The notes under the pieces were generated by a model. That model searched no databases. It worked only from the letters and a program-made list of their open reading frames with translations, and had not been told where the DNA came from. DNA of 63,527 bases, the filler included, from Octopus bimaculoides (taxonomy: Eukaryota): NCBI RefSeq assembly GCF_001194135.2. It is 4 parts of 4 records of this genome, joined end to end, with 100 filler letters (N's around TTAATTAATTAA, not from the genome) between each part and the next. Parts side by side here need not be neighbours in the genome. Positions count along the whole stretch, not along the records: positions 36,502 to 49,866 come from NC_068994.1; positions 49,967 to 63,527 come from NC_068983.1; 2 more parts are not named here. The stretch is one strand, 5' to 3'. Of this stretch, positions 40,453 to 52,899 are shown piece by piece; positions within the stretch are counted from its first letter, which is position 1; each line of letters starts with the position of its first letter. Made by a program: the position numbers and the translations under genes.

Positions 40453-41038
40453 ATTCTACCTGCAAGATAAATATACTACTACAATATTGTATCTGAAAGT
40501 TCATTCAAATTCGTCTTTCATTTTTTTGGCAGTTCCTTAAAATACTGTAAATATCTTATGAATATTTAATGTCTACCTTCCTAATCCTCATTTTTTTCAC
40601 ATGAGAACTGCTCACAAATGATAACTAAGTTCTCTGTTTTTCTTGTTATTAGAAATAGAACTCAAATCTGTTGTTGTCTATTGAAAATTGTACAGTTTTA
40701 CTCTATTATTTTTAAGTGCTGATTAGATGTTCTCAAATTATTTCTCTCCTGTTTAGTATGTCTTCTGCTTCTTCATGTACCTAACTATGACTTTGGCTCT
40801 TTCTCTTGTCTAACACAATTTTTGTCTGCATACATATTTGTGTCTATGACTCTGCCCCATTATTAACTATGAAGCATTTACATCAACCTGTCTTGTTAGT
40901 GGCCATTAAGAATGGTGAGGTTCTAAAGAAACTCACGTGTTCTTTTTTTCTCTTTAACCCTTCTCCACATAAATGTACTTTTCTGTGTATGTGTCTCACT
41001 TTTGCATGTATGCATGTGTATATGTGTGTTTGTGTGTT

Positions 41039-41093
<55 letters not shown>

Positions 41094-41238
41094 NNNNNNN
41101 NNNNNNNNNNNNNNNNNNNNNNNNNNNNNNNNNNNNNNNNNNNNNNNNNNNNNNNNNNNNNNNNNNNNNNNNNNNNNNNNNNNNNNNNNNNNNNNNNNNN
41201 NNNNNNNNNNNNNNNNNNNNNNNNNNNNNNNNNNNNNN

Positions 41239-41298
<60 letters not shown>

Positions 41299-41344
41299 AC
41301 GTGCATGTGTGTGTGTACGTGCATGTGTGTGTGTGTGTGTGTGT

Positions 41345-41600
41345 GTGGCTTGACATCATATGACAGTTGTAAATGAGTGTTGTTGTCATAGAAGCATTTA
41401 GTTTTCAAACTTCTGAGAAAACATGTCTGGCCATAGAGAAACATAACTTTCTGGGAAACAGGTGAGGGTTGGCAACAGGAAGGGAATCTGACTGTAGAAA
41501 ATCTGTCTTGTAAAACTCCATCCATCCCTTGCAAGCATGGAAAAGTAGACAGTATAACAATGGAGGATGAGGGGGGATGGGGAGGGGAGGGGAGGAGGCA
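41345..41600 (+). mobile_element. SINE 3' part with RTE-type tail
   Basis: ggtgagggttggcaacaggaaggg..tgtagaaaatctg..ccatcccttgcaagcatggaaaagtagac. Confidence 0.7.
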
Positions 41601-42110
41601 GTGGCAGCAATGATGATGACAACACTGATAAGGATGGATGATGATATCTAACTTATCTGAAATCAGTGAAAATTTACAACATTAAAGACTAACACTGTAG
41701 ACTTCCTGCTACCTCTTTCTTCTTTATTTCATCCTCTTCTTTTTTTCCATCACTCAGTCTCTAGGTTCTTTTTGCCTCTCTTTTTCATTCTCTCAGTTTG
41801 ATATTTCTTAATTGTTTCATCTCTCTTACTCTCTCTCTCACACACACTCTCTCTCTCTCTCTCTCCCTCTACTTTCATTTCTTTCCCTACCTACTTTCAT
41901 TTATATTGCTTTATTTCAGTTTTCATACTCTGTTGCTTATGTTTATATTCTTATATATANNNNNNNNNNNNNNNNNNTATATATATATATATATATATAT
42001 ATGAGAATATAAACATAAGCAACAGAGTATGAAAACTGAAATAAAGCAATATAAATGAAAGTAGAGGGAGAGAGAGAGAGAGAGTGTGTGTGAGAGAGAG
42101 AGTGTGTGCA

Positions 42111-43120
42111 CACCGATGACAAAAACATGAAATATGTAATGACATTTACACATATTGTGTCTAGAGTGAACTCAAGTGCCTCACTTGATGATAAAATTCT
42201 AAACAGTGTAGCCAAAGCTACAAATACTTGGCAAACTTCATCACATCTGTGGGACAAAAAGGGAGCCTCTTTAAAAGCAAAGATTCATGTGTACCAAGCT
42301 GTAATCTTTTCTACTCTCCTGTTTGGATTGGAATCTTGGGTGTCCTATTGATCACATACCAACCAGCTTGTTGTCTTTTATAAACTATATCTTCAGACCA
42401 TTTGTAAATACAGCTTAAATGACAGAATTTCAAATACTGGCTTATTCTCTAAATATGAAACTGATAGTTTGAATCCTGTCTTTTGCAGTCCCAATTAAAA
42501 TATTTTAAGCATCTCAGCAGTAATTCCTGATGGATCAGCGGCTTTACATATTTCATGTTTTTGTCATCGGTGATGATGGAAGTGGTAAGGAACTAATGAA
42601 CTGGTTATTGCTGTTTAAAAACTCTGATTTGTTTGGGGATGGGCCTTGGCTAGTGAATGACTTCAGTCTTTCTAATGATGATGGTGCGACCAAAAGTTTT
42701 ACTCATTAGACAAAGCAATTAACAAGCTCCTGTGTTCCTTTGATAGATGCTGCAACAGGTACAGCATCATCAGAAAGCATGAAACCATGTACCATTGCCA
42801 TTTGGACAAATGTTGCGACTTCAAACAACTGGTAATTGAAGAAGCCACCACTGGTATAGAATTGAATCTGTTTATCTGAATCAACATCAACGTAAGAATG
42901 GTGTAACATGACTGAAAAGGAAAAGGCAAAAAAGAATTGGTGCTATGCTCTATCATGCTGCCATTAACTTGGACAGCTGGTGCTGCTGTTGGATCCACAT
43001 TAGGTAGGCTCTCCTCCTATATATTCTTCACATTTAGCAGCATTTCTTAGTCACACTGTCATACCTCTTTCTTTGCAGAATCCCCAAGTGAAAGTGTGCT
43101 ATCATTCATTTGAACACTTC
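42111..43120. mobile_element. RTE LINE fragment with an inverted segment
   Basis: Minus strand 43000-42544 encodes QFYTSGGFFN...FMLSDDA..GTQELVNCF...ITDDKNMKYV. Plus strand 42111-42500 continues TDDKNMKYVMTFTHIVS...SLDDKILNSVAKA..AKIHVYQAVIFSTLLFGLESW. Confidence 0.8.
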
Positions 43121-43427
43121 TCTCCTACAACATACATACATACATACATAAATGCTAATGTCAAATAATAAGAATAAGTGCTCAATATTGAATTGGTGGA
43201 TAAATATTTTTTACTGTGGGTTAACAAGGTTACCATTGGTTTCATGCCTAGAGAAGCTCTGTATGTCTATTTGTTTACCCCAGAATCAAGTAGTGTCTTG
43301 TGTAGCTTTGTATGTTCCCATCCAAGATGGAGACAAGTAACATCCCATGTGGCAGGCTTGATAATTACTGAGAAATCTTCTCTCGACATGAAATGAGCTG
43401 TAGCCATGTCAACCTATAAATAAAGTA

Positions 43428-43646
43428 TATACAAGGGGGTACTGAAAAGTTCCTGGTTTGGGGTAAAAGAAAATACAGAAGGATCAGTTAATTATGATTT
43501 TATTCAACATATTTCCATCTCAGATTCAACACACTTGTTGCAGCAGTCCTTCAGTTTTTTCTAAACCCTGTGAAAGAACTTGGAAGTTTGGAGCTCCAAC
43601 CAGACCTTTCACAATACACTTAAAGCCAAGAACTTTTCAGCACCTA

Positions 43647-43650
<4 letters not shown>
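43428..43650. mobile_element. Mariner-derived MITE
   Basis: TIRs gggggtactgaaaagttcctggttt / aaagccaagaacttttcagcacctactc with TA flanks. Confidence 0.75.
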
Positions 43651-43686
<36 letters not shown>

Positions 43687-43689
<3 letters not shown>

Positions 43690-44130
43690 TCATCATCATC
43701 ATCATCATCATCATCGTCATTTAATGTCTACTTTTCATACTGACATGGGTTGGACGGTTTGACAGGAGCTGTCTAGGCAGAAGACTGTACCAAGCTTCAG
43801 TGTCTGTTTTGGCATGGTTTTCATGGTTGGATGCCCTTCCTAACAACAACCACTCTATAGAGTAGACTGAATGCTTTTTACATGGTGGCAGCACAGGTAA
43901 GGTCAGTTTTAGCATGGTTTTTACAGTGGAATGCCCTTCCAAACACCAACCCCTTTACAATGTGGGCTGGATGCTTTTTATGTGCACTAGCACTGGCAGG
44001 GTTTCCAAGTAACTTGCAAGACACAGATCCTTTGAGAGGGGAGGTGATCTTGTGCAGATGACGAAAGATTTAGAGTGTGACAGAGGGACAGAAACAGGTG
44101 TCTTGCTGTAAAGGAGATACATAGTCACTT
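43687..44130 (-). mobile_element. RTE 3' tail
   Basis: catcatcgtcatttaatgtctacttttcatactgacatgggttggacggtttgacagg...ggatgcccttcctaac is the reverse complement of the RTE tail at 12130-12300. Confidence 0.85.
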
Positions 44131-45536
44131 AGTCAGAAGGAGAGAGAGCAAAAGAAAGAGAGAGAGAGCAAAAGAAAGAGAGAGAGANNNNNNNNNNAGA
44201 GAGAGCAAAAGAAAGAGAGAGAGAGCAAAAGAAAGAGAGAGAGAGGTGGAAGAGAGTGAGAGTGCAAAAGAGATAGTGGTGAAGTGCCAGGTCATACTCT
44301 CAAGGAACAACGATCAGAATATAAATGAGATAGTAGGGTAGAGCAAGAGAGAGATAGATTGTGGTGAAGTGCTAGGGCATACCATCAACGTAGGGGGGTC
44401 AGAATGTAACACCCGTAAATGGTAGGGTATTGTCAAAGGTGCATATAGTTATACAAACAAGAATAGAGCTCAATACATAAAGTACAGAAAACTGTGCTTT
44501 ATTTATAACCATGAATTTACATTAAGGGTCTAGAGCTCTCTCTTTCACTGTGTCTGTGTGTGTGTCTGTGTGTGTGTGAATATAAATACTTTTTTCTGTT
44601 ACTAACCTTAGTTAATAGACTGATGTCATGCTGAGTCACTACTTTCAAAGGTATTAAGTCAATCATATTGATCCTATTACTTATTTCAGTCTGCTACTTA
44701 TTTTATTGAATGAGTATTTTGACACAACAGTTTTATAACCAGGCAGTGTTATGACAAACTATATACATAGTCATGAGTCACATACTCATACTGCGTGTGT
44801 GTGTCTGTGCCTGTGTGCGCCTCTTCATATATATATATATATATATATANNNNNNNNNNNNNNNNNNNNNNNNNNNNNNNNNNNNNNNNNNNNNNNNNNN
44901 NNNNNNNNNNNNNNNNNNNNNNNNNNNNNNNNNNNNNNNNNNNNNNNNNNNNNNNNNNNNNNNNNNNNNNNNNNNNNNNNNNNNNNNNNNNNNNNNNNNN
45001 NNNNNNNNNNNNNNNNNNNNNNNNNNNNNNNNNNNNNNNNNNNNNNNNNNNNNNNNNNNNNNNNNNNNNNNNNNNNNNNNNNNNNNNNNNNNNNNNNNNN
45101 NNNNNNNNNNNNNNNNNNNNNNNNNNNNNNNNNNNNNNNNNNNNNNNNNNNNNNNNNNNNNNNNNNNNNNNNNNNNNNNNNNNNNNNNNNNNNNNNNNNN
45201 NNNNNNNNNNNNNNNNNNNNNNNNNNNNNNNNNNNNNNNNNNNNNNNNNNNNNNNNNNNNNNNNNNNNNNNNNNNNNNNNNNNNNNNNNNNNNNNNNNNN
45301 NNNNNNNNNNNNNNNNNNNNNNNNNNNNNNNNNNNNNNNNNNNNNNNNNNNNNNNNNNNNNNNNNNNNNNNNNNNNNNNNNNNNNNNNNNNNNNNNNNNN
45401 NNNNNNNNNNNNNNNNNNNNNNNNNNNNNNNNNNNNNNNNNNNNNNNNNNNNNNNNNNNNNNNNNNNNNNNNNNNNNNNNNNNNNNNNNNNNNNNNNNNN
45501 NNNNNNNNNNNNNNNNNNNNNNNNNNNNNNNNNNNN

Positions 45537-45605
<69 letters not shown>

Positions 45606-45631
45606 ATGTATATGTATATATATATTATTTA

Positions 45632-46526
45632 TGAGGAAACACATTTCCAAAAGTAACCGGAAACTTTCTATGGGACAAGCCCATTGTAGTTCAAATTTCT
45701 GCTATTTGACGCCATTTGATGCAACCTGCAGGCATCAGTCAGCCAACTGGCAGCATTGGGTGAAGTCGTACTGTCACATGGTGTGTCTTTGTTCTGCTGT
45801 GCTTTTCCCCTGATTGAAATGAAGGCAGTGTGCTACCATGAGATTCTGTTTTCTACTGAGGAAAACGGTGGCTGAGACAGTTGTGCTTCAAACAGCTTAC
45901 AAGGATGCTGCCATGAGCAAAATACAAGTTTTTATGAGCAGTTTGCAGGCTTTAGGTATGGTCACTTGGTGCTTGAAGACCAACCTCATTCAGGGCGACC
46001 ATCAATCTCCCGAATGAAGGAAAACATCTCAAAAATTCAGGAACTGATCTTGGAAGACCGTTACCAAATACTTGACGAACTTATTGATATGACTGATGCA
46101 TACTGGAGCTCCTGCCAATGAATATTGAGCAAGGAATTGCAAACGAAAAGAGTTACAGCAAAATTTGCACCGCGCTTGCTCCTGGAAGATCAAAAGCAGT
46201 CACAACTGAATGCGTGACCCCACTTATTTCTTCATCAATCTTCCTCCTGTGACTTTATTTGTTCCTCCAAATAAAAAAAAGTTCTTAAAGGCAAATGTTC
46301 TGCAGATGTGGAAAATAATGATGGAGGCATTAAAAGGTATCACTTCACAAGAGTTCCAGAACTGCTTCGAACAGTGGAAAACACACCTTAGCCAATGCAT
46401 TGCTTCTAATTGAAAATACTTTGAAGGCATTAAAAGTGTAAACATGTAAAACTAAGTGAATAAATCATCATCATCATTTAACGTCCATTTTATATGCAAA
46501 ATTCCAGTTTCTTTTGGGTACCCCCT

Positions 46527-46530
<4 letters not shown>
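45632..46530 (+). mobile_element. Internally deleted mariner
   Basis: End motifs ccaaaagtaaccggaa / ttccagtttcttttgg; decayed HTH region (EDQPHSGRP, AKFAPRLL) joined to the C-terminus (CDFIC, FQNCFEQWKTHLSQCIAS..YFEG). Confidence 0.8.
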
Positions 46531-46561
<31 letters not shown>

Positions 46562-46679
46562 GTGCTTACACTTATCAAGTATTACCTTTTACAATACCTA
46601 TGTGATTCACGTTGTCCTTTGGATTGGATTTTACATACCCACAACAACTTTTAATACTTGATGAATGAATAATGATACA

Positions 46680-46960
46680 AAGGATTCACACCAATTTCTC
46701 TCCCAAAGACATACCACTGCACACAGATGACACATACATGACGGCTCTTATCCATAGGACTACAGATTTCCTTAGAAGAATTAGATGGGCCGCTTATCAC
46801 TTTGACAAATGAAATGAACATAACTCAAACAGGAACCAGGATGACATGGTATATAGAAAAGTATTCAAAAGCAGAAGAAGCCCTCCACCGAATTATGCAT
46901 TAGAGAACTTCGAAAAAGACATCATCGAATTTATAGAACCATTAGTAACAACTACTTGAA
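46680..46960 (+). mobile_element. Penelope-like ORF N-terminal fragment
   Basis: NFSPKDIPLHTDDTYMTALIHRTTDFLRRIRWAAYHF..VFKSRRSPPP..LENFEKDI resembles the SLKNIP...RMRWKA leader of Penelope-like ORFs. Confidence 0.65.
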
Positions 46961-47133
46961 GAAATTAAAACAGTTTTTATGTAATCTTGGGACTGAAAAT
47001 GTTTGCGGCTGAAGATAGCTTTAAACCATCTTTTCTATCAACAATATATACTCATATAAAGATATAATGACAGTTTGTGTATAAAGCTTGAAACACATGT
47101 ACCACGATATCCTTTGTGTTCTGTTTTCATTTT

Positions 47134-47171
<38 letters not shown>

Positions 47172-47558
47172 ATATATGTATATGTGTGTGTGTATATATA
47201 TNNNNNNNNNNNNNNNNNNNNNNNNNNNNNNNNNNNNNNNNNNNNNNNNNNNNNNNNNNNNNNNNNNNNNNNNNNNNNNNNNNNNNNNNNNNNNNNNNNN
47301 NNNNNNNNNNNNNNNNNNNNNNNNNNNNNNNNNNNNNNNNNNNNNNNNNNNNNNNNNNNNNNNNNNNNNNNNNNNNNNNNNNNNNNNNNNNNNNNNNNNN
47401 NNNNNNNNNNNNNNNNNNNNNNNNNNNNNNNNNNNNNNNNNNNNNNNNNNNNNNNNNNNNNNNNNNNNNNNNTATATATAAAAATAAGCAACATGGGATA
47501 CGATATTCGGGTGCCTACGCATAAGTACCATATTCAACCTTGAATCTATATCTAAACC

Positions 47559-47602
<44 letters not shown>

Positions 47603-48012
47603 ATATTTGTATACATATAAATATGTACGTGCATGTTGTGTGTGTGTTTCTGTCTGTGTACACACACTCACACACACACACACACGCACACATGCACCCA
47701 CAAACACACACACACATGTACACACATGCAGGCACACACATACACGCACACACACACATGTATACACACACACTTTTTGGGAATTCTTGTAGCACTGCAT
47801 GAAGGTATAAATAATAACATGTAAATACTGGATTTAAAAATCCTTTTGCATAGAAAAATATCAGACTGTTCATGGGAATAGCATCCACATCTCGACTTCG
47901 ACTACCCAAAACGGTTTTATGTCTCATTATTTACATGCAATTATTTATAATTTTCTGTGTGTTCTCTGAGAATTGCAAAAGAGAATATACATATATAAAT
48001 ATATATATGTAT

Positions 48013-48049
<37 letters not shown>

Positions 48050-48319
48050 TACATAGATACACAGAGAGTTAGACAAATAGACAGATAGACAAATAAAGAA
48101 ATACTCTCAAAATCCATATCAAAATGTTTCAATGCGCATATCCATTTATAAAATGGACAAACACATTGAAAAATGATATCCTTACAAAATTCCCATGAGT
48201 TAGATACATTCATATATAAATATATATACATATATATGTGCAGATGTATGTATGCATGTATATATTTATGTATAATTTTGTATGCATGACAATGTGTGTA
48301 TGTATAAAAACACATATTC

Positions 48320-48356
<37 letters not shown>

Positions 48357-48433
48357 ACTATATATATATATATATATATATTTATTTATTTATGTGTTTT
48401 AGCCAAGTGGCTGCGGTCATGCTGGTGCACCAC

Positions 48434-48520
<87 letters not shown>

Positions 48521-48529
48521 CATATACAA

Positions 48530-48862
48530 GGCGCAAGTGTAGCTGTGAGGTAAGATGCTTGCTTCCAATAACATGGTTCTCGGTTCAGCCCCACTGTGTG
48601 GCATCCTTAGGCAAATGTCTTCTACTATATATGTGTGAGTTTGTGTGTGTCTCTCTGTGTCTGTTTTATCCCCCACCACTTGACCACCTGTGTTTTTGTG
48701 TTCAAGTCCCTGTAACTTAGCTGTTGGACAAAAGAGACTGATAGAATAAGTTCCAGGCTTAACAAAAAAGAAAGTACTGGGGTCAATTCATTCAACTAAG
48801 GCAAATTGTTCAAGGTAGCGCACTGGCATGGCTGCACTCTAATGACTGAAACAAGTAAAATA
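48530..48862 (+). mobile_element. Full-length SINE
   Basis: aggcgcaagtgtagctgtgaggtaagatgcttgcttcc...ggcaaatgtcttctactata...gatagaataagttccaggctt...aatgactgaaacaagtaaaa. Confidence 0.85.
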
Positions 48863-48879
48863 TATATATATGTATTCTT

Positions 48880-49275
48880 TTATTCTTTTTCTTGTTTCAG
48901 TCATTTGAATGTGGCCATGCTGCAGCACTGCCTTAAAGGGTTTTAGTTGAACAAATCGACCTCAGGACTTATTCTTTGTAAGCCTAGTACTTATTCTATC
49001 TGTGTGTTTTGCCAAACTGCTAAGTCATGGGGACATAAACATACCAGCATCGGTTGTCAAGCAATAGCGGGGGGAAAAACACAGACACACACACACAAAT
49101 ATATATACATATATATAAATACGATGGGTTTCTTCTAGTTTCCTTCAGCCAAATCCACTCACAAGGCTTTGGCCAGCCCAAGGCTATAGTAGAAGACACT
49201 TGCCCAAGGTGCCACAGAGTGGGACTGAACCTGGAACCATGTGGTTGGGAAGCAAGTTTCTTACCACACAGTTGC
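48880..49275 (-). mobile_element. Full-length SINE, same family, tail-to-tail with 48530-48862
   Basis: tcttgtttcagtcatttg...agtacttattctatc...agtagaagacacttgcccaagg...ggaagcaagtttcttaccacac. Confidence 0.85.
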
Positions 49276-49427
49276 ACTTTTATCGTGCCACAATTTTATT
49301 ATATACTTTGTATTAATTTTTACCTAAATGGTTTATTACATGCTAGCTACTTGATAAAATTCTATATAGATTTTATCCTTGATTATAATGATATATATAT
49401 TATATATATATATGTATGTATGTTTGT

Positions 49428-49466
<39 letters not shown>

Positions 49467-49712
49467 TGTATATATGTGTGAGTCTTCTAAGAGTTTATAA
49501 GTCAGGGAAGAGCTGCACTCATAATATCTGTTAATATATTATATAAGGTATTATATATCCATCAGAGTTGATCTTACCAATCAGTTTCATGCTGGAATAC
49601 AGTATTGGCTAACTCTGATGAGTGTAAGGTTACCTAACACTCCATTGTATTCCTAGTGCAAAACCAATTGGTATGGTCAGCTGTGATGGATATATAATAT
49701 TGTACATTTCAG

Positions 49713-49759
<47 letters not shown>

Positions 49760-50015
49760 AAGTCTGTATCCTTTTTTCCTATGTATGATGTGCATTTTAC
49801 TATTGTGTTTGTCTGGAATTCTGCAGATTGGATGATAATAATCTATGTAGAGCTCTAAACTCACCANNNNNNNNNNNNNNNNNNNNNNNNNNNNNNNNNN
49901 NNNNNNNNNNTTAATTAATTAANNNNNNNNNNNNNNNNNNNNNNNNNNNNNNNNNNNNNNNNNNNNAGAGAGAGAGAGAGAGAGAGAGAGATAAATAGAT
50001 AGATAGTTAGATAGG

Positions 50016-50065
<50 letters not shown>

Positions 50066-50129
50066 CATAGTGGTGGCGGGAATACTTCACCGTATGACGA
50101 GAATAGACGTGATCACTACATATAAATAG

Positions 50130-50500
50130 TAGTTCGTAATTTCGTCTTGTGTCATTCCCTACAATCTCCACCTCATACGTTATACCTTAGAGCGAGTGGG
50201 TAAAAATACTGGCAAAGGGGGAGGCACTGGTGCATTTAGAGCATTCTAAAGCATTCGATATGGTCGATCTTCGGTACCTGACAGCGGCATTCGGGCGGTC
50301 GGGCCTGGCTCGACTTTCCGCAGCTGGATCGCTGCTATGTACAGCAACATTAAGTCTGTCATTCGAGCGAATCGTTTCCTCTTGAAATTATTCGAGATAA
50401 AGCGCTCTGTCGTCAGGGATATTTCCCCTGTCTCTGTTTTTGTGTATGCTGGCTATTGAGCCATTGCTGCGGAAGTTGGAGGCTATAAGGAGCAACCCGA
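50130..50500 (+). mobile_element. Tx1/L1-clade RT fragment
   Basis: YNLHLIRYTLE...ALVHLEHSKAFDMVDLRYL..FRSWIAAMYSNI..SVRQG.PLS..LAIEPLLRKL (frameshifted). Confidence 0.8.
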
Positions 50501-52666
50501 GAATACTCACATTTTATAATGCACACTGAAAAGAGATTCAAGTATGATTGATATACTTAGGTTCTTAAAATTCTTGTGATTAACAAGGGACAAAAATACA
50601 TTTAAATAGAAATGAACAAAATAGCCGTTCAATTGAGAAAGATAATGTTGTTACGTATATATGCCAATTTGCTATGTTAACTTTGGTATGTTGATTTACA
50701 TCGAAGGAGCTCACTTTTGATAGCAAAGTATAGAAGATTTTCACTCGCAGATGCGTCAATGTTTTTCTCACAAGACTCTTCTTTTTCTACTATAATTATT
50801 TAGGCTTCTACTCCATAAAGCTGGTTGGGTTAATGTATCTTCAATCAAGTATTTCCTCCTCTCACCTTTTTTATGTCAAGCACTCGAAAAACAATAGAGA
50901 TGAGAGGATATAAAGAAATTTCATGATGTTTTAAATCAATATTTTTTATTGCTAAAATCTTGAGAGACAATGCAGTCTTCTTGCTTTAGTTACAGGGAGA
51001 GAGGGGAATATAGCATCTGAATTTCTCCCAAACTTTGAATAAATTCAGATGTTTGTAGGCTGGTAAGCACATTCATTTGAATTTGCAACGACTAGAGAAA
51101 AATTTTTCCAACCGCAGATATATTTTCTGACAAATTTCTCTCGAAATATTTAATCGAGCAGCAAATATGATTTGTTTTGAAAATTTTTTCAAGCATGTAT
51201 ACTAGGACTGAAGCTAAAAAGAAAAAAAAAAAATTTTGAAGTTAATTATTTAAACACGAATTTACATTTACCTCAATAAATGTTCTCATAAAATTTATTT
51301 TTCACTAAGAATTATTTGTAATCTATAGTTGACGATTGCACTTATAGGCATTGTCATGACGTCTTTTCACACTAGTTATGTATTCATCTCGAATTTATAG
51401 AACAATTTCTGTTCCAGTACAGATATCTTTCGTAGTACAAGACCTTATTATCAAATATACGTATATCTCATTTATTTACATAACAACCAATAAAACTAGA
51501 CTGAGACAACACATACTTCATAGAACTTCAAGAATTATACAGAACGTCTCTATCATGACCTCGTCACTTAAAATAAGACTGAACATATTGAAGCATGGAG
51601 CTCTAAATCTATTATGACGAAAAACTTGAAAGCAATCTTAGAAAGCAATGGGTTGTTCAGATGTCTGCTTATTTAAGGCAAGCTTAAAATACTTACCAAC
51701 CACAAAATATCTACTTTTGGACAAACATTTTTAACGGTAGTTATTATTTTGGTAAATTCTTTTACTAACACGTAGGAGCAATGGCACGTATTTCATTTAT
51801 ATTTTCTTTCCAACCTTAAGATTAGTTAATTTTCACTGTGTTAATGTCATCTGGATTATGTTGGTTTGAATACACGAAGCACAATATTTTGTTATCCGCA
51901 ATCATATTACCAGTTATTTCTTGCTGAAATTGTAGTTTCTGGCAGTGTTCGGAAGGACAAATTATAATATTTCAATAACAGTTTATCTCATAACATCGTT
52001 TGTGTTATAGATTAACGACAGTCATTAAAAGAAAAAAAATAATAATAACCTGAAGACGTTTCATGTGTTGATTTAGTCAGACAGTACATGCTTTCATTTG
52101 AATGACTATCAGTTAGTTAGTACTTCTAAAGTAGAATAGTGTCACTAATACAGCAATATCAAATCATAGGTACGTACGTACTTACTCATATATACATATA
52201 AATATATACAAACAGACACACACACACAGATACACGCACACACGCACACACACACTCACACACACTCACTCACTCACTCACTCACTCACTCACTCAATCA
52301 CTCACTCACTCACTCTCACTTACGTATATATCTATGAAGTAATTATTAAGTTACAAGCACAATAACATTTTAGCAAGTGCTGAAAGATGGACAGGAAAAC
52401 GTTGAGATGCATGTAAAACATGTATTTTATCTCCATGAGAAAACAAAATAACATATGGTTGTTTAAATTTTTCTAATTGTTGAAAAGCCTACATCGTGCT
52501 CATTACATAAAATGTAAATTGCAAATCTGAACATTTGTAACGAACAAGTGCTGTTTCGCTTTAATTAAAAAATATATACATATACAATTACGTGTGTGTG
52601 TATGTATGTATGTATGTATGTATGTATGTATGTATGTATGTATGTATGTATCTATCTATCTATCTT

Positions 52667-52715
<49 letters not shown>

Positions 52716-52899
52716 TTGTCAGCCTATCTATCTATCTATCTACCTGTCTGTCTAATTTCAAAATGGCTTAAAGATGTTTGGCGTATTTTGGCCAATTTAC
52801 GTCATTTGGTGTCACTGCTCTTGAAGGGACATCAGATATTTCTTTATTCCATGATTTATGTGCTCGGACAGTGTACCTTCCGGAAAGTATCGTCCCTCT

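Noticed and set aside
41830-42102. ~120-bp inverted duplication centred on a (TA)n/N gap
   Set aside because: Near-identical arms meeting at a gap inside a palindromic TA repeat; most likely an orientation or overlap artefact, and untestable here.
49558-49650. ctgatgagtgt...acactc hairpin and nearby catgaaac on the opposite strand
   Set aside because: The core halves are on different strands or incomplete; no coherent ribozyme.
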